Assembly (NCBI GenBank): GCA_951406725.2 | Contig: OX597822.1 | Location: 4,154,001 to 4,218,000 of the forward strand | Source: Octopus vulgaris | Taxonomy: Eukaryota | Direction: 5' to 3' | DNA length: 64,000 nt | Part shown: piece by piece, positions 13,223-27,404 of the stretch | Layout: every line of letters starts with the position of its first letter | Position numbering within the stretch: the stretch's first letter is position 1 | Made by a program: the position numbers and the translations under genes | Notes under the pieces: model-generated | What the model was told of the DNA's origin: nothing | The model's database searches: none | The model's input: only the letters and a program-made list of their open reading frames with translations

Positions 13223-14914
13223 ATATATATGAACCCACATTTATAAAATGTTCACCTCTGATGGTGGCACTTTGTGCCTAAAATCGAGAAGGATTACCCG
13301 ACTTCCATTTCCGTTTTGTTAGAAGTTCTTAATTCTTTATTGTTCTACTCCTGTATCACAACGCTTCGTGCAAACTACGGTGTTTTCCTTTCAAAGGGAA
13401 AATCTTCGAAATGTTTTTTGACATCTTCACAGTAACACTAATCGATTAGATTTGAAGGAATCGAGTCAGTTTGCTTTGTTCTTTGTTAAAAAAATCCGGA
13501 TCCCTACGCCACCATGCATATCTTCCATTGCATAGCAGAGAAAACCTATTAACCTGCATTCATGATCTCTAAGCTTCCTCGTTAGTTCCCCTAAAATGTT
13601 CTCCTTTTTCCCAGAACTCCAGACACGACGTTCATATTCGCTGCGCAGCTTACATCTGCTTTTAACAGTGTGGATATATACGGATCGTTGTTTTGCGTTT
13701 ACTAAGTGAGACAGGACAATGCAAGTATAGATTAGTATTGGTGTGTATAAATGTGTAAGTGAAAACCTTATGGCTGATGCATTTATACATATATTTGTTA
13801 GTATTTCTGTACATGTAACTGTATGAGTGCATGTGCATGTATATATATATATATATATATACTTTTCTTTGTTATATATGCTTTTTCTTTGTTAAGTTCT
13901 CTTCGGTTCTCTGCTTGTATGTACATTTTTACTTGAATATTCTACCTTTTACAAACATGGTCTTGCCTATCACCTCTAGCCTCTTGTAATATATATATTT
14001 TTTTCGTTTTTCAATATCAATATGTATACATATAACTCTCTATGGCTCTTCTGCTAGTGCACCTGTTGTGTTATATTCTACTATACACACGTGGCCTTGT
14101 TTACATTATACTTCGTCTCGACTTGGTACTATTTCTTTAAACATATCCGTTAGATCTTTTTTTTTTTGTTATAGTTTACTGTAAATATAGATTGCATACA
14201 CATTGATGTGTCTGTCCTTTTTCTCTTTCGTCTCTCTCATTATATTATTTTACTGTCTTTTCCCCTTTTACAACTTGTTTGTAAATATCCGATTTTCCCT
14301 ATTACCCCATCTGTATTCTCCCTTATTGAATTGTATTTTATTTTACTTTATTAAACCTTTTTTGATGTCCTTCCAAAAATTCTTCACACTGATGAGAATG
14401 ACAATGCATAAATTTAATTATAATTACTACGATTATAATGTTTTTCTTACATATTTGTATTGTCCTTTGAAACATGCGTATGTATTGACTCCAATGTTGC
14501 ATTAAATATAATTCTAATTCAACATCTTTTTCTCCTCCATATTTTTGATACTTGTTTATAGTATATTTATACCTATAACGATATTTTTCAACTATTATTT
14601 TCATATTCTTATTACTTGCTCTGGATGTTATTTATGAATATGTTGAATCTTTATTAGAATTCATTTTTTTTCTTCTCTCTTTTTGGATCTCTCAAAAAGT
14701 TTGAATTTTTCTTTTTGAACTTATTTTTTCTCTTATACAGACACACACACAATATATATATATATATATATATATACATACACATATAGATGAAGGCGCG
14801 TGGCTTATTGGTTAATGTGTTGCGCTCACGATTGCGATATCGTGGGTTCGATTCCCAGACCGGGCGTTGCGTTGTGCTCTTAAGCAAAGCACTTCATTTC
14901 ATTATGGTGGTGTC

Positions 14915-17067
14915 TGAACTTGAACAGGGGGGCCAGACAGGCAGATGAAATTCAGCAATATAAGTTGGGCAGTTATATTTCCTCTAACGAGGCAATGTGG
15001 CGCCTCCTGGGCTTCGAAATCCAGGAGCGACAACCAACAGTGGTGAATCTACCTGTACATCTTGAAAATGGCCAACGTGTATATTTCATACTAGACAATG
15101 CTCGAAACGTAGTTCTAAATCCTCCATAAACCACTTTGACAGTTTTCTTCAAATTATGCCAATGTGATCTGTTTGCCCGAACACTGTTGCATGCTGAGGT
15201 TCTCGTGTACTATACCTGGACACACAATAGTTGGAACAGACGCAAGCAAGGCGCACGCGTTGAGGGCTGGGAAGAACATTCTGTATTCAAAAGTAATGCC
15301 ATCGGGCGGGCGTACACTGTGCACCCTAATCAGTAGGAGTGCTTCTTTTTGCGTCTACTGCTGCACAGTCAGACCTTCGAAGACACAATGGGGAAGTCTG
15401 CACGACCTACAAAGAATCTTGTTCTCAGCCTGGATTACTGGAGGACGATGCTCACTGGGACCAGACACTGGAGGAGGCAGCAATCAGCACAGTACTAAGT
15501 CAACTGCGCCAGCTATTTTCTATCATGTTGATGATATGTGGCTTGGGTGAACCTTTCAAGCTTTGGGTGACCCACAAATTCAGCTTGGCAGAGAACATTC
15601 TACAAAGGATTCAAAGGCAAACCGCAGCGGAAACTGCCACATACAATAACGCTATTTACAATGAGGCATTACTTGACCTGGACACCGGAGTGCAAGCTAT
15701 GGGAGGTCAAGACAGCAAACAATCTCGCAATTGAGTACCTGCGAGAAACCCGCTATGGCATCGAGGAATTGACGGTGTATATAACTGATAGCGAAGGCAA
15801 GCTGATGGTGGACCAACTGGGATTTATAAGATCACTATTTCGAGCACCGAAAGTGAAAGAGGAGGTATTTTCTTTCTGGAACTGGCACGACATTTGTCAT
15901 CAACCTTCTTCTTGTTAAACTGCGCCAAATGAAACACATTGCCATAGCAGCGGCGTCAAGTGGAATAGCGGCAACTCTGCTAAGCGGTGACCGCACAGCT
16001 CATTCCTGTTTCAAACTCTCTTTGGACCTGTCCAAGAAAGAGAAGGAAAACTGCATCATTTGTCGTGGTTGTATAAAAGGCAAACTTCTGAGTGAATGCA
16101 GGTTGATCATCTGGGATGAGGTGATAATGACACCTAAGGTTTACTTTGAAACTCTTGACATGGCTCTTCGGGATCTGAGGCACAACACCAGTCTTGTGGG
16201 AGGTTCCACAGTCTTGCTGGCAGGAGACTTTAGACGAACCCTTCCCGTGGTTCCAAAGGGGACAAGAGCTGATGAGGTAAATGCCAACATAAAATCGTCC
16301 TACCACTGAGTCACCAGTTATGCTGCTTCGAAACCTCGATCCACCAAAGCTTTGCAATGGCACACGACTTATAATAAAAAAGATTATGCTAACAGTCTTG
16401 GAGACAACAATTTTCACTGGTAAAGCAAGCGGTGAGCTTGCTTTACCAGTCAATTTCTCAGAATTCCACTTGTTCCTTCGGATATACCTTTCCAGTACAA
16501 GCGCCTTCAATTGCCGTTGAAACTGAGCTTTGTAATGGGCATTAGCGAGGACCAGGGGCAGTCCTTGGATGTGGTAGGTCTGAACTTTGCGGATCCAGTT
16601 TTCTCCCATGGACAACTTTATGTGGGATGCTGAAGAGTCGGCAGTCCTAATCATTTGTTTATTTATGCCCCACAAAGAAAGACCAAAAATGTTGTTTATC
16701 AACAAGCTCTGCAAACTCAATAAGATTCACCAAATCATCAGGTTTTTATAATTTAAGTGTAACATTTGTAAGTGTTGTAAATCTATTGATAATCCACATG
16801 TTATTTCGTTTTAAATCTATATGCAAATATATTTGTATACTCTTTACTCTTTTACTCTTTTACTTGTTTCAGTCATTTGACTGCGGCCATGCTGGAGCAC
16901 CGCCTTTAATCGAGCAACTCGACCCCGGGACTTATTCTTTTTGTAAGCGCAATACTTATTCTATCGGTCTCTTTTTGCCGAACCGCTAAGAAACGGGGAT
17001 ATAAACACACCAGCATCGGTTGTCAAGCAATGCTAGGAGGACAAACACAGACACACAAACACACACA

Positions 17068-17126
<59 letters not shown>

Positions 17127-17777
17127 GACATGATATAACGACGGGCTTCTTTCAGTTTCCGTCTACCAAATCCACTCACAAGGCTTTGGTCGGCCCGAGG
17201 CTATAGTAGAAGACAGTTGCCCAAGGTGCCACGCAGTGGGACTGAACCCAGAACCATGTGGTTGGTAAACAAGCTACTTACCACACAGCCACTCCTGCGC
17301 CTATGTCTATAGTAAAACTAAATGTCAGTCTGTTTCTACATTCATTATAAATCTATTTCAACACTAGTGTCCCTGAGGGTTATATTCTCTGGGAACGCAC
17401 AAAAGCTCTCTTCAGAGTTATTTACTTTGAATTGTTATTATCTCATATCCGATTAGCTGGTTATTACGTAACATGCTTCACAATTTTGGTATAAATACCT
17501 TATAGGTATTGCCCCCTAAGCTCTATATTCTGTGGGAACGCATTAAAGCCCTTTTCGGGGCTACTTTATTTGAATTCTTCCTATCGGGTAACTAATTCCA
17601 TGTTATTACGTAACTGACTCCACGATTTGGGTATCCATGACTTACAGGGATCTCCTAAAAACAGGACTCTATGTAAGACAGTTCGGTATTGTTGTTATCG
17701 GATTAACGAAATAATTATGAGAACGAAGCCAAGGGATAAGACCCGCTTTTCCGGGAATTACCAGATACGTCAGCTAG
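14915..17777 (+). mobile_element. 5'-truncated degenerate autonomous-type Helitron (RepHel PIF1-like helicase pseudogene at about 14920-16722)
   Basis: Recognisable segments: DEIQQY..YISSNEAMWRLLGFEI..VVNLPVHLENGQ; AASSGIAATLL..RTAHSCFKL; LIIWDE; LLAGDFRRTLPVV; MLLRNLDPPKLCNGTRL; QGQSLDVVGL..FSHGQLYV. Many stops and frameshifts. The 3' terminus cagCTAG|t is at 17774-17777. Confidence 0.9.
16839..17301 (-). mobile_element. SINE family A nested in the Helitron 3' region
   Basis: Reverse-complement match to 12809-13222. Confidence 0.9.
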
Positions 17778-17805
17778 TATTTACATATATATATATATAT
17801 ATATA

Positions 17806-18168
17806 TAGCTTGCTAACCAACCACATGGTTCCGGCTTCAGTCCCACTGCGTGGCATCTTGGGCAAGTGTCTTCTGCTATAGCCCCGGGCCGGCCAATGCC
17901 TTGGGAGTGGATTTGGTAGACAGAAACTGAAAGAAACCTGTCGTATATATGTATATATATATATATGTATGTATGTATGTGTGTGTGTGTTTGTGTGTCT
18001 GTGTTTGTCCCCCCGTCACTTAGCGGCTCGACAAAAAAGAGACCGATAGAATAAGTACTGGGCTTACAAAGAATAAGTCCCGGGGTCGATTTGCTCGACT
18101 AAAGGCGGTGCTCCAGCAGGGCCGCAGTCAAATGACTGAAACAAGCAAAAGAGTAAAGAGTAAAGAGT
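17806..18168 (+). mobile_element. SINE family A, 5'-truncated
   Basis: Matches 12835-13222 with an internal deletion. Confidence 0.9.
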
Positions 18169-18285
18169 ATATGACAATTTAGCTAGATGTAAAAAAAAAC
18201 ACCTAAGGGATATGAAATGTGTCATTTGTATAAAATATTTAAATTGAATTGAATTTATAATTGTTCAATTCATTTTTTCATTTCT

Positions 18286-18343
<58 letters not shown>

Positions 18344-18830
18344 AGTCATCAGTGTTCTTCTTTGTTTAACTCGAGTAGACTAGACTGCTGTTTCCAGCAT
18401 CTACGTGAGCCTGTACTCTTGATGACGTTCGTGTATTTCTGTTTACAAATCGATGTCGTTGATGTAGCTGTCATCACTACATTAGTTCATATATCGGAAA
18501 AGAAGCACACTCTAAAACATAAGAGCTGTATTATTTAGGAAGCTGTTTGTGATGCCCGGTCACAGATGATGATGATGATGCTGGCCATAATGTTTTATTA
18601 TCTCCAGTTGTAGAGATGTTATATGTCTCTGGCCATTTGAGTTTGACGAGTCGCACAAACAGCTTAAGTGCTTTATGGGTGCGGAACCGATGGTCATTCT
18701 GTAACCGACCATAACAAACAACCTTCTAGATATATGTGTATACATAGCAACGGTGGTGCCTGACCGCATGACCGCAGCTTTAAAGCTGAAACAATCTGAA
18801 GAATTTAGAGAATATATATATATATATATA

Positions 18831-19116
18831 CTAGCAGTATCGCCCGGTGTTGCTCGGGTTTGTAAGGGAAATAACTATATAAGCATTTTTAGAGAGTTAC
18901 TTCCCTTATATAATAGCAAAAATGGGAAAAAATGATGGTAAGTTTTTTTTTTTAATCGTAGACTCATCGTAGACGTGCACTAATACATAGAGGGCTCGAT
19001 ATGAATCACGACTATAAGATACCCGCTTTTGGTTAAACTGCACCGCAAAATGTGGGAGTAGTTAGGAATCTAAATCGTAGGAGACAGACACACAACCTTA
19101 CTTTTATATATAAAGA
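18831..19116 (-). mobile_element. Non-autonomous Helitron
   Basis: Minus strand: 5' A|TCTTTATATATAAAAG, subterminal hairpin cccgagcaacaccggg, 3' tgCTAG|T. The 3' end is nearly identical to that of 47740-48190. Confidence 0.85.
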
Positions 19117-19124
19117 TATATAGT

Positions 19125-19300
19125 TAATCCAAATATGAAAACACCAAGAGAAAACACAACAACGTGAGGACGTGACGCTCAGGTAAGGAAAGAAAGAAGG
19201 AGGATTTAACGTTTCGAGCGGAGCTCTTCATCAGAAACATTGGAAAAGGAAAGATCCAAGGAAGGGAAGACGGAGGGAAAAAATCGCCAACGATACACAC
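19125..19300 (-). mobile_element. Short HHR-bearing pLTR-like element (family D)
   Basis: Homologous to 3275-3460 and contains an intact minimal hammerhead motif. Confidence 0.75.
19204..19238 (-). ncRNA. Minimal type I hammerhead ribozyme motif
   Basis: gttt-CUGAUGA-A-GAGC-ucc-GCUC-GAA-ACGU-U-aaau. The core is intact, with a 4-bp stem II, a palindromic ACGU stem III and a 4-bp stem I. Confidence 0.75.
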
Positions 19301-19552
19301 GTATGTATGTATATGTATATACATGTATGCTTATATATGTATGTATGTATTATGTATATACGTACAAATGTGTGTGTGTGTGTGTTTTGTAAGCCTGATA
19401 GAACAAGCAGGAAGAATACGACTCAATACACGTGTTTACGTATATATCACGTGATCACCGTGACCGACCAGGCTATCAGATGTTGCTACATATCGCTGGT
19501 CACAATGCGCTTCGCATTGCTTTAGCCTTCAAATGACGCCACCCCATCAGAT

Positions 19553-19737
19553 GAAAGAGTGAGAGAAAGTTGTGGCGAAAGAGCACAGCAGGGATCGCCA
19601 CCCCACCCCTGCCGGAGCCTCGTGGAGCTTTAGGTGTTTTCGCTCAATAAACTCTCACAACGTTCGGTCTGGGAATCGAAACCGCGATCCTACGACCGCG
19701 AGTCCGCTGCCCTAACCACTGGGCCATTGCGCCTCCA
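19553..19737 (-). mobile_element. SINE family C, 5' half
   Basis: Matches the head and middle of 58733-59113. Confidence 0.85.
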
Positions 19738-20514
19738 CACGTATATATATATACACACACCGATTTATTATCTTTATTCAGCAAAACTCGATTTGAGTCA
19801 CTTTTGTAAATTTCTACCGATTAAAGTTAAAACCAGCCAGAGGCGTATGATTGTATCTGTGTATATATGTTTCTATGTATGTGTCAGCCACAGTATATCA
19901 TTACGTATGTGTGTGTGAGAGAGAGAGGGGGAGGGAGAGAAGGGGAGGGAGAAAGAGAGAAAATATGGCTGCAGTTGCTTTTAAAATATTCACCAACCAT
20001 GTAATCCTCAGGGATATCGTGTTTCCATGTTAGTTTATTACAAATGTAGCAATATCTCTCAGTTGCCTATTCAATGTTAATGTTGATGAAAAGATGAACC
20101 GTCAGTGGCGGCGGCGGCGGCGGTGACTGTAGTGGTGGTGGTGGTGTCGTCGTCGTCGTAACGGTTGTGATGATAATGGTAGGTGGTGGTGGTGGTGGTG
20201 GTGGTGGTGGTTTCGTCTCTTTATGTTTTCAAGACCTCATTTCTCCACTGCGTTCTTCTTTGTTTAACTCGAGTAGACTAGACTGCTGTTTCCAGCATCT
20301 ACGTGAGCCTGTACTCTTGATGATGTTCGTGTATTTCTGTTTTCAAATCGATGTCGTTGATGTAGCAGTCATCACTACATTTCTTGATGCTCTCACAAAT
20401 GCTCGTAACGGATGAAATGCTTTGCAGTACTTCATCCGGATTTACGTTCTGAGTTCAACTTCCGCTGCGTTCGACTTTGCCCTTCATTCCTTCCGGCTTG
20501 ATTGATGCTGAGAC

Positions 20515-20819
20515 CCCCTTCGGTTATGACTGACTATGGGATTGCACCTAGAAAGTTACCCTCCAAAGGCACAAGTGCGGGTTGTTTATGGAAGACCAGC
20601 AGTCGCCTATGCATACTGGCCTCCCCTCTCCATGCCACTGATGTTATCCAAGGGAAAGGCAAAGGGGCCGATACAGCTTGGCACCTGTGACGTCGCAACT
20701 CATTTCTACACCTGGAGCTACGTGAAATAAAGTGCCTTGCTCAAGAACACAACCCGCAGCCCGGTCTGGGATACGAACTCACAACCTCGACGCCCTAACC
20801 ACTGAGCCATGCGCCTTCA
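20515..20819 (-). mobile_element. SINE family C variant with target-site duplication
   Basis: Head gtgaaggcgcatggctcagtggttaggg. The 10-bp direct repeat cttgattgat lies at 20497 and 20820. Confidence 0.8.
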
Positions 20820-21608
20820 CTTGATTGATACTGATCAGGCATTAGGGTGGTGGTGGAGGTGGTGGTGGTGGTGGTAAGGTAACGAACTGGCAGAATCCTT
20901 TTAACGCGCCGGCATTTCGTCCGTCTCCACGTTTTCAGTTCAAATTCTGCCGAGGCCGACTTTGCCCGTCATCCTTTCGAGATCGATTAAATACAAGTAC
21001 CAGTTGAGTACTGGGGTCGATATAATTGACTAGCCTCTTTCTCCAAGTTTCAGGCCTTCTGCGTATAGCCGAAACAATTACCATTCTCGTAGCTGTTGTT
21101 ATTTTTGTTGTTGGCTTTACTGTTGCTAATACATTTATGCGATTGATTTTGTGACTGTTGCTAATGATGAGGTAATATTGCTGCTGCTATTGTAGCTGCT
21201 GCTATTGTAGCTGCTGCTAATGCACGGATAATAAAGTCACTGCTTAACGTTTTTGTTGCTGTTTTTGTTGTGGCTTCTAATACTTGTGGGTTTATGAAAG
21301 GGAAAAGTTAGTAAATGATTTTTACGTATCCCTCTTTCATTCAAATTCTCTCCTCCAACCAATCTGTACCAATGTTAAGATTATTTACGTTCAACCAAAT
21401 CTCTCACATACCCCACATTTGGGTATATGTACATGTGTGTGTGTGTGTGTGTGTGTCAGTTTATCTGTCTGTTTACGAGTGTTTTACGAGTAAAGTTACA
21501 AAAGTGACTGAAGGACCAAGAGTTTTACAGATGTTAACTTAAATTGCATTGCCTAGGTTCATGTGCATCACACACACACACACACACACACATACATAAT
21601 GTATGTGT

Positions 21609-21960
21609 GGCGGCGAAATGGCCCAGTGGTTAGGGCAGCGGACTTGCAATTGTAGGATCGTGGTTTCGATTCTCAGACCGGGCGTTGTGAGTGTTTATTG
21701 AGCGAAAATACCTAAAGCTCCACGATGCTCCGGCAGGGGGTGGGATGGCGAACCCTGCTGTACTCTTTCACCATAACTTTCTCCCACTCTTTCTTCCTGA
21801 TTCTGTTGTACCTGTGTATCAAAGGGCCAGTCCTGTCACACTACGTGAAGAGTGCACGTATCTGTGGAGTGCTCAGCCACTTGCACTTTAATTTCACGAG
21901 CAGGCTATTCCGTTGAACGGATCAACTGGAACCCTCCTCGTCGTAACCGACGGAGAGCCA
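21609..21960 (+). mobile_element. SINE family C
   Basis: A and B boxes and body match the reverse complement of 58733-59113. Confidence 0.88.
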
Positions 21961-22158
21961 CGATGATGTGTGTATGTGTCCGCTTGACGATTGGTTTTAA
22001 TGTGTTACATCCTCGTGATTTTGCGAGTCGTCCAAGAGACTGAGGAGAATAAGTACCAAGCTTTAAAAGGAAATAAATATTGTTGTCGAAGTTTTCGACT
22101 AAATTAGTCAACGCTGTACTCCAGGAAGGCCGCTTTCCAGTGGCCGAAACAAACAAAC

Positions 22159-22160
<2 letters not shown>

Positions 22161-22247
<87 letters not shown>

Positions 22248-22330
22248 CAGACAGAGATAGACAGACAGAGAGACAGACAGACAGACAGACAGAGATAGAC
22301 AGAGATAGACAGAGATGGACAGACAGACGG
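22161..22330. repeat. (AGAT)n and (AGAC)n microsatellite
   Basis: Directly visible. Confidence 0.95.
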
Positions 22331-22561
22331 ACAAACATACCAACAAATAGATATGCGGCTATCAGCCCCTCTGCCTACCTGTCTGGATACAATATCTATA
22401 TGCTCGCCTGGCTTTTTCCTGTAAGGTCAATCAATTTGACCTGTCTTCGTATTCTATTTGGCGATTAATCTCATATTGTTAGCTATATATCTATACTTTT
22501 GTTTTACATGTCTGTATTTATGTATGTATATATGTATATATACGTGTGTATGCATGCATGT

Positions 22562-22605
<44 letters not shown>

Positions 22606-22924
22606 TGTCTATGTGTGTATGTATATATATTTGTGTGTGCGTGTGTATGCATGTATGTATATGTATATAGCCTAATATAGATATGTGTGTGTGCGTGCAT
22701 ACCTGTGTGTGTGTTTATGTGTGTGTGTGTTTATGTGTGCGTGTGTGTGTAAAACTGATTTGCTTTAGAATCCACATCTCAATGGTCTTTGTTTCCTGGG
22801 TAGAGGGTTCAAGTTGAGTCTTACGCACTTTTCTTTTGTAAAAAAAATACCTAAGAATATAGTATGGGGCATTAAGATCTTTTAAAACTTTACTAAAGAA
22901 TATTTTACAATACTAGAATACTAT

Positions 22925-23360
22925 CGGTTTCAAATTTTAGTACAAGGCCAGCAATTTCAGGGGACGGGATAAGTCAATTACATCGATTCCAGTACTCATC
23001 TAGCACTTATTTTATCGATCTCCCCAAAATCGTCCTCGGCGGAATTTGAACTCAGGTGAACACGGACGAAATGCTGCTAAACATTTTACCCGGCGTGCTA
23101 ACAATTCGGCCAGCTCACTACCTTTACAATACTAAAATAATATTGGTTTCAAATTTTGGCACAAGGCTAACAATTTCGGAAGAGCGGGTATATCGATTAC
23201 ATTGACCCCAGTGTTCAATTGATACTTATTATATCGACTCCTGGAGGACGAAAGGGAAAGTTGCCCACTGTGGAATTTGAACTCAAGACGTGAAGATGAA
23301 CGAAATGCCGTTAAGCAATTTGCCGGCGTGCTAACCATTTGAGCCAGTTCATTAACTTTA
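22925..23360 (-). mobile_element. Two diverged tandem SINE family B copies
   Basis: ggtttcaaatttt..acaaggc and ggaatttgaactca each recur with a spacing of about 220-235 bp. Confidence 0.7.
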
Positions 23361-23559
23361 CACTACTGGATTAATATTACAAATCTCTGATTTCGTATCA
23401 CAATCAAAATGGTTTTAAAAAGTTTCCAACACACATTACGTTGTAACACAATATATCCTTTCAGCAAGTATTACACAACAGAATTAGAATGTAGATTACA
23501 AGCATAAATAGAATCTTCATAGAGGCATAATTATTAATGCACGATCTGAATGAAAGATT

Positions 23560-23760
23560 TAAATTCAACGGATGTAATTCTCTCCACATGATGTCATTTA
23601 CCTTTCGTTTTAGAGATTAGTTTCCAATACGTTTGGCATTTTCAATAGGGAGAAAACATTTCTCAAGATCAATATACAAAATATTACACTAAATCTCCGC
23701 GAACAAGTATCTTCTCATGGACAAGTGTACAGGGCTCGTTCCAGCGGACGTGCTTACTTC
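23560..23760 (+). pseudogene. Second, older Helitron/PIF1 helicase C-terminal remnant
   Basis: LPFVL..FPIRLAFSI..SQDQ and SSHGQVYRARS resemble PIF1 motifs V-VI (QFPIRLAFAMTINKSQGQ, FSHGQLYVALSR). Confidence 0.55.
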
Positions 23761-26700
23761 TTGAGTTAAAGTTCTAACAATACTTTTGTGTTTTTTCACC
23801 GTCACAACGTATGAATGAGAAAGGAAGGGATGACAGATGAATTAGGAAGGAAGGGATGATGGCAAACTTAGTAGTGGGATGGTGAACATTCAACGCTGAA
23901 AAGAAAAATCAAACAGCGTTTCAACTCTGTGTGAGTATATGTGTATGCAAGGGAAGTATGTGAATGCATGTGAACATTGACAAGTGTTTTAATTTGATTT
24001 ACCATCCATATTTGTATATAAAATACTACAACTAGTCATCATTTTTGACGGCATGGAGCCAGATAGTTAAGAATAATTGTTAACAGTTCACATGTTAGTA
24101 GAGTTTGTGAATGTGTACCAAAGAATATGTACTCCAAAGATGCTCTCCCAACTACTACACCGTCAGTACTACTTACGTATCCTTTACGTGATAAAATCGA
24201 GATCTTCAGGTTAATTTCTTTCATGTTTCAAAAGAATTTCAGCGTTCTCTATTACATTTTTGTAATGCTATGATTTTCAGAATATTGGCAGAATTGCCAC
24301 AGTTGCTACTAATAAATATATCTTACAATATTATTCAAAATTAGATTATGTAAAAAAATTTTAAAAAGTGAATACTGCAAGTTAATTTCATTTACCCGTG
24401 GAAGATGCCAGATGATCTTCATACGGTGGGGGTGAAAACAGATGTAGTGGTGATAACTTGTTATTATGAATAAAAAATAACTGTGGAGCTTTACCAGTTC
24501 TTGCCTCCCACTCACAGAAATCTGAGGGGATTATGAAGGGATGAATCAACAGCTGGCGGGTCATCAACATCCTTAGAATGGTTTGAAGAAAACATGAGGT
24601 TCAGTTGCTTATGTCGCTGATGCTGCTTCTGGTTAATGAGTTCTCCTAGGGATCTAAATCATTGGTAATAATACTGAACATTATATAATAGATCCTCGTC
24701 ATCATCTCTGTTGTCAACTACAGGGATCTCGGCAGTTATTTGTGCTTCAGTTAACTCTTGGTTTCCAGAGTCATCCTCTTTGTCTTTTACCCAGCTCCTG
24801 ACATCCGCTTTTCTAATAACCGATTTACTTTTTGAAGCATGCAATGAAAATATCAATCTTTCAAAATTCTATCCTTCTCCAGTTATAAATGCCTCCTCTT
24901 TGTGATTTGTAGCTTTTGCATCTCTCAAACGCTTCCTCGCACCAACGGATAATGACTTACAATTATCAAAATAATTCAAAGAAAATGTAGTGAGTTTCAA
25001 CTTAGTCATGCGTATATCCGAAGACGTTTGCTTTAAAGCACGCTACTTTCACAACCGAAGTACTAGCCTCTAATTTCTTTTCGTATCTTCTTCTAATTAC
25101 TACACTTTCTGGAAGTTATGATTTAACGAATAGGGTCAGTAGATACTTTATTGTAGAAACTGCAAGGTAACACAACACTGAAAAAATTATTTCAAAGACA
25201 GCGATGAATGTTAACACTAATGGTCAGACTCTTAACTCAAATTTCGTCAGACAGTCGATAGCCAGCTTATCATAGAACATTTCAATGATGGTGCTCTGTA
25301 TTTCAAATGTGTTAATAAAGGTGTAACTCTCTAAGCTATGTCCATGCTATGCTACGATTTTAACTCAGCATTGCCGATGAACAAAGCCCTTGACATTTAT
25401 GAAGTGCTTCCCCTTTGCTTGCAGAATAATCTTTCAATTTTCAAGGGCTAACTCAATTACCTTACCAGATTAATAGATATCGTCCCGTGTTTTCTACTTC
25501 AGTTCTGTAAGTTGATTCTCAGGAAAATAATGAATTACTGAATGAGTGAAGGAATGAATGCTTATGCATCTACATATTAACCATTTCCCATATTTTAAGT
25601 TTGGAATCTTATCTCAATATTCGTAACAGTAAATTAAGGAAAATATGTCTCTGACTTGCATGCGATTCTATCGTACATCTGTTTCTCCTGAAACCACGTT
25701 GTTAAGATTTCACATAAAAGCTGGATCTGAAATTAATGCGCGAGGTCAAACCTCGAGTTGGTTCGACGCACCTCGATATTCGTATCAACTAAGTAACCAC
25801 TTCATATTCATTCAAGTTGCTAACATTACCAGCCAACTCTGTACCGAATTATAATTTACTGTCTAAAAAGGGACTAATATATTAGACGTTGTACTTTTAG
25901 ATACACTCTCTGAATAAAAGACGGCAGAGTCAAAGCTTGAACACGGATCTGCTTCATCAAAATACTCACATGGAGCTAAACAACTTTACTCTTTCTCTAA
26001 TTAATCAGTTTTGTTGTGTTACTTAGCACGCGATCGAACCCTCATCAACGGACCTATTTCAGAATCACTTAAACTGTGAGTTTCAAGTACTTTTAGGAAC
26101 ATCACAAATATAAATTACCCTGTCACAAAGATTAGCCTTCCTTTCAAGGCCGAAGAGACTTCAACCTGGAACATCTGCTAACCCTCCTCAACAATCCGGT
26201 GAACGATGTTCCTTCTGGTTTTATGTTTGCTGATATTTCAGACGATATCCTCCTCTTGTCATTGATTGTCACGGATTTACCAACTCATTCCAACTCACAG
26301 ACTTTTTCTCTTCTCAATTTCTTTCCTAACTCTACCACTATCGCCTTTTCTCCTCAGATCTGAATGGTCTCGCCATACATCCACTCAAATAATCTCGTCT
26401 TACTTGAGTTATCTGCTGAATGTCATCCATTTTAGACCCCATATAACTACTTCGCCCAGTCTTTCTCCCACCAGAACGATGTCTTTCCGGAAATTCCTCT
26501 CTACGTAACGTTTTTCCTGCAGCGTTCAACTTGTAGCTAACCAAGGCGGATACTCACCACAGCAACCACTCCGGTCATGAAGGCCTGAGAAGCTCATAGA
26601 CTTAACTATTTCATCCAGCTTATTCCATTAAAAAAATTAGCCATTATAGGCACAGGTATGGGCTATTTGGTAAGAAGCATACTTCTCAATCACCCGCTTC

Positions 26701-27404
26701 CGGGTATAGTCCCACGGTGGGCAAAACAATGGGGTATCGAACCAATTGACTAATAATAAATGAGCGGAATTGAACCAGTGTGTATGTTAATTATTTTGGT
26801 AAGATGACTTTCCCTAGACGCGACAAAATTTATTTCAATTCACGAATTCTCATAAATAATCTTGCAAACCAGATACAAAAACGAAAACGAAAATCATGAA
26901 ATGACACAAGGAGACTGAAAAGATACACACTTTACAAACACTAACGGATTGTCTTCGACTATACCAGGGAGACTAGATGAATTATATAAAACGTAGCACA
27001 GCATTTTCAGGAACTATTTGATTTTGTTAGATAGACACCAAAAATGAAAATTTACCTAGTAAATTTGTTAAAAGAATTATAGCTAGAGTCAACAATAACA
27101 TTTTTAATGGTTTATATTTCATAAGAGAATTTCTTTAAATTCTAATATTGAAGATGATATAGATTATGTAGAAGATTATGTAGACAACATATATTACTCT
27201 AAATTCTAAGTCTAAACCTTAAACCAGAAGCGTCAGCTCTAAACCTAACCCTAAACTCTAAGGCTTACCATAATCCCTAACACTAACAGTAGAACCTAAT
27301 CTTAACGCTAAATCCTCCACTAATTTATAATCAGAATTCTAATTTTCAAGGTCTAAAACATGAAATCTGAAAAATAGAAAAGCTAAGAGAGGATATTGCT
27401 TGCA

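Noticed and set aside
26130-26640. Possible old LINE remnants (also 6400-6700 and 57400-58060) and a pogo-like tail at 24660-24900
   Set aside because: Only faint motif-like similarity, too decayed to call without a profile search.
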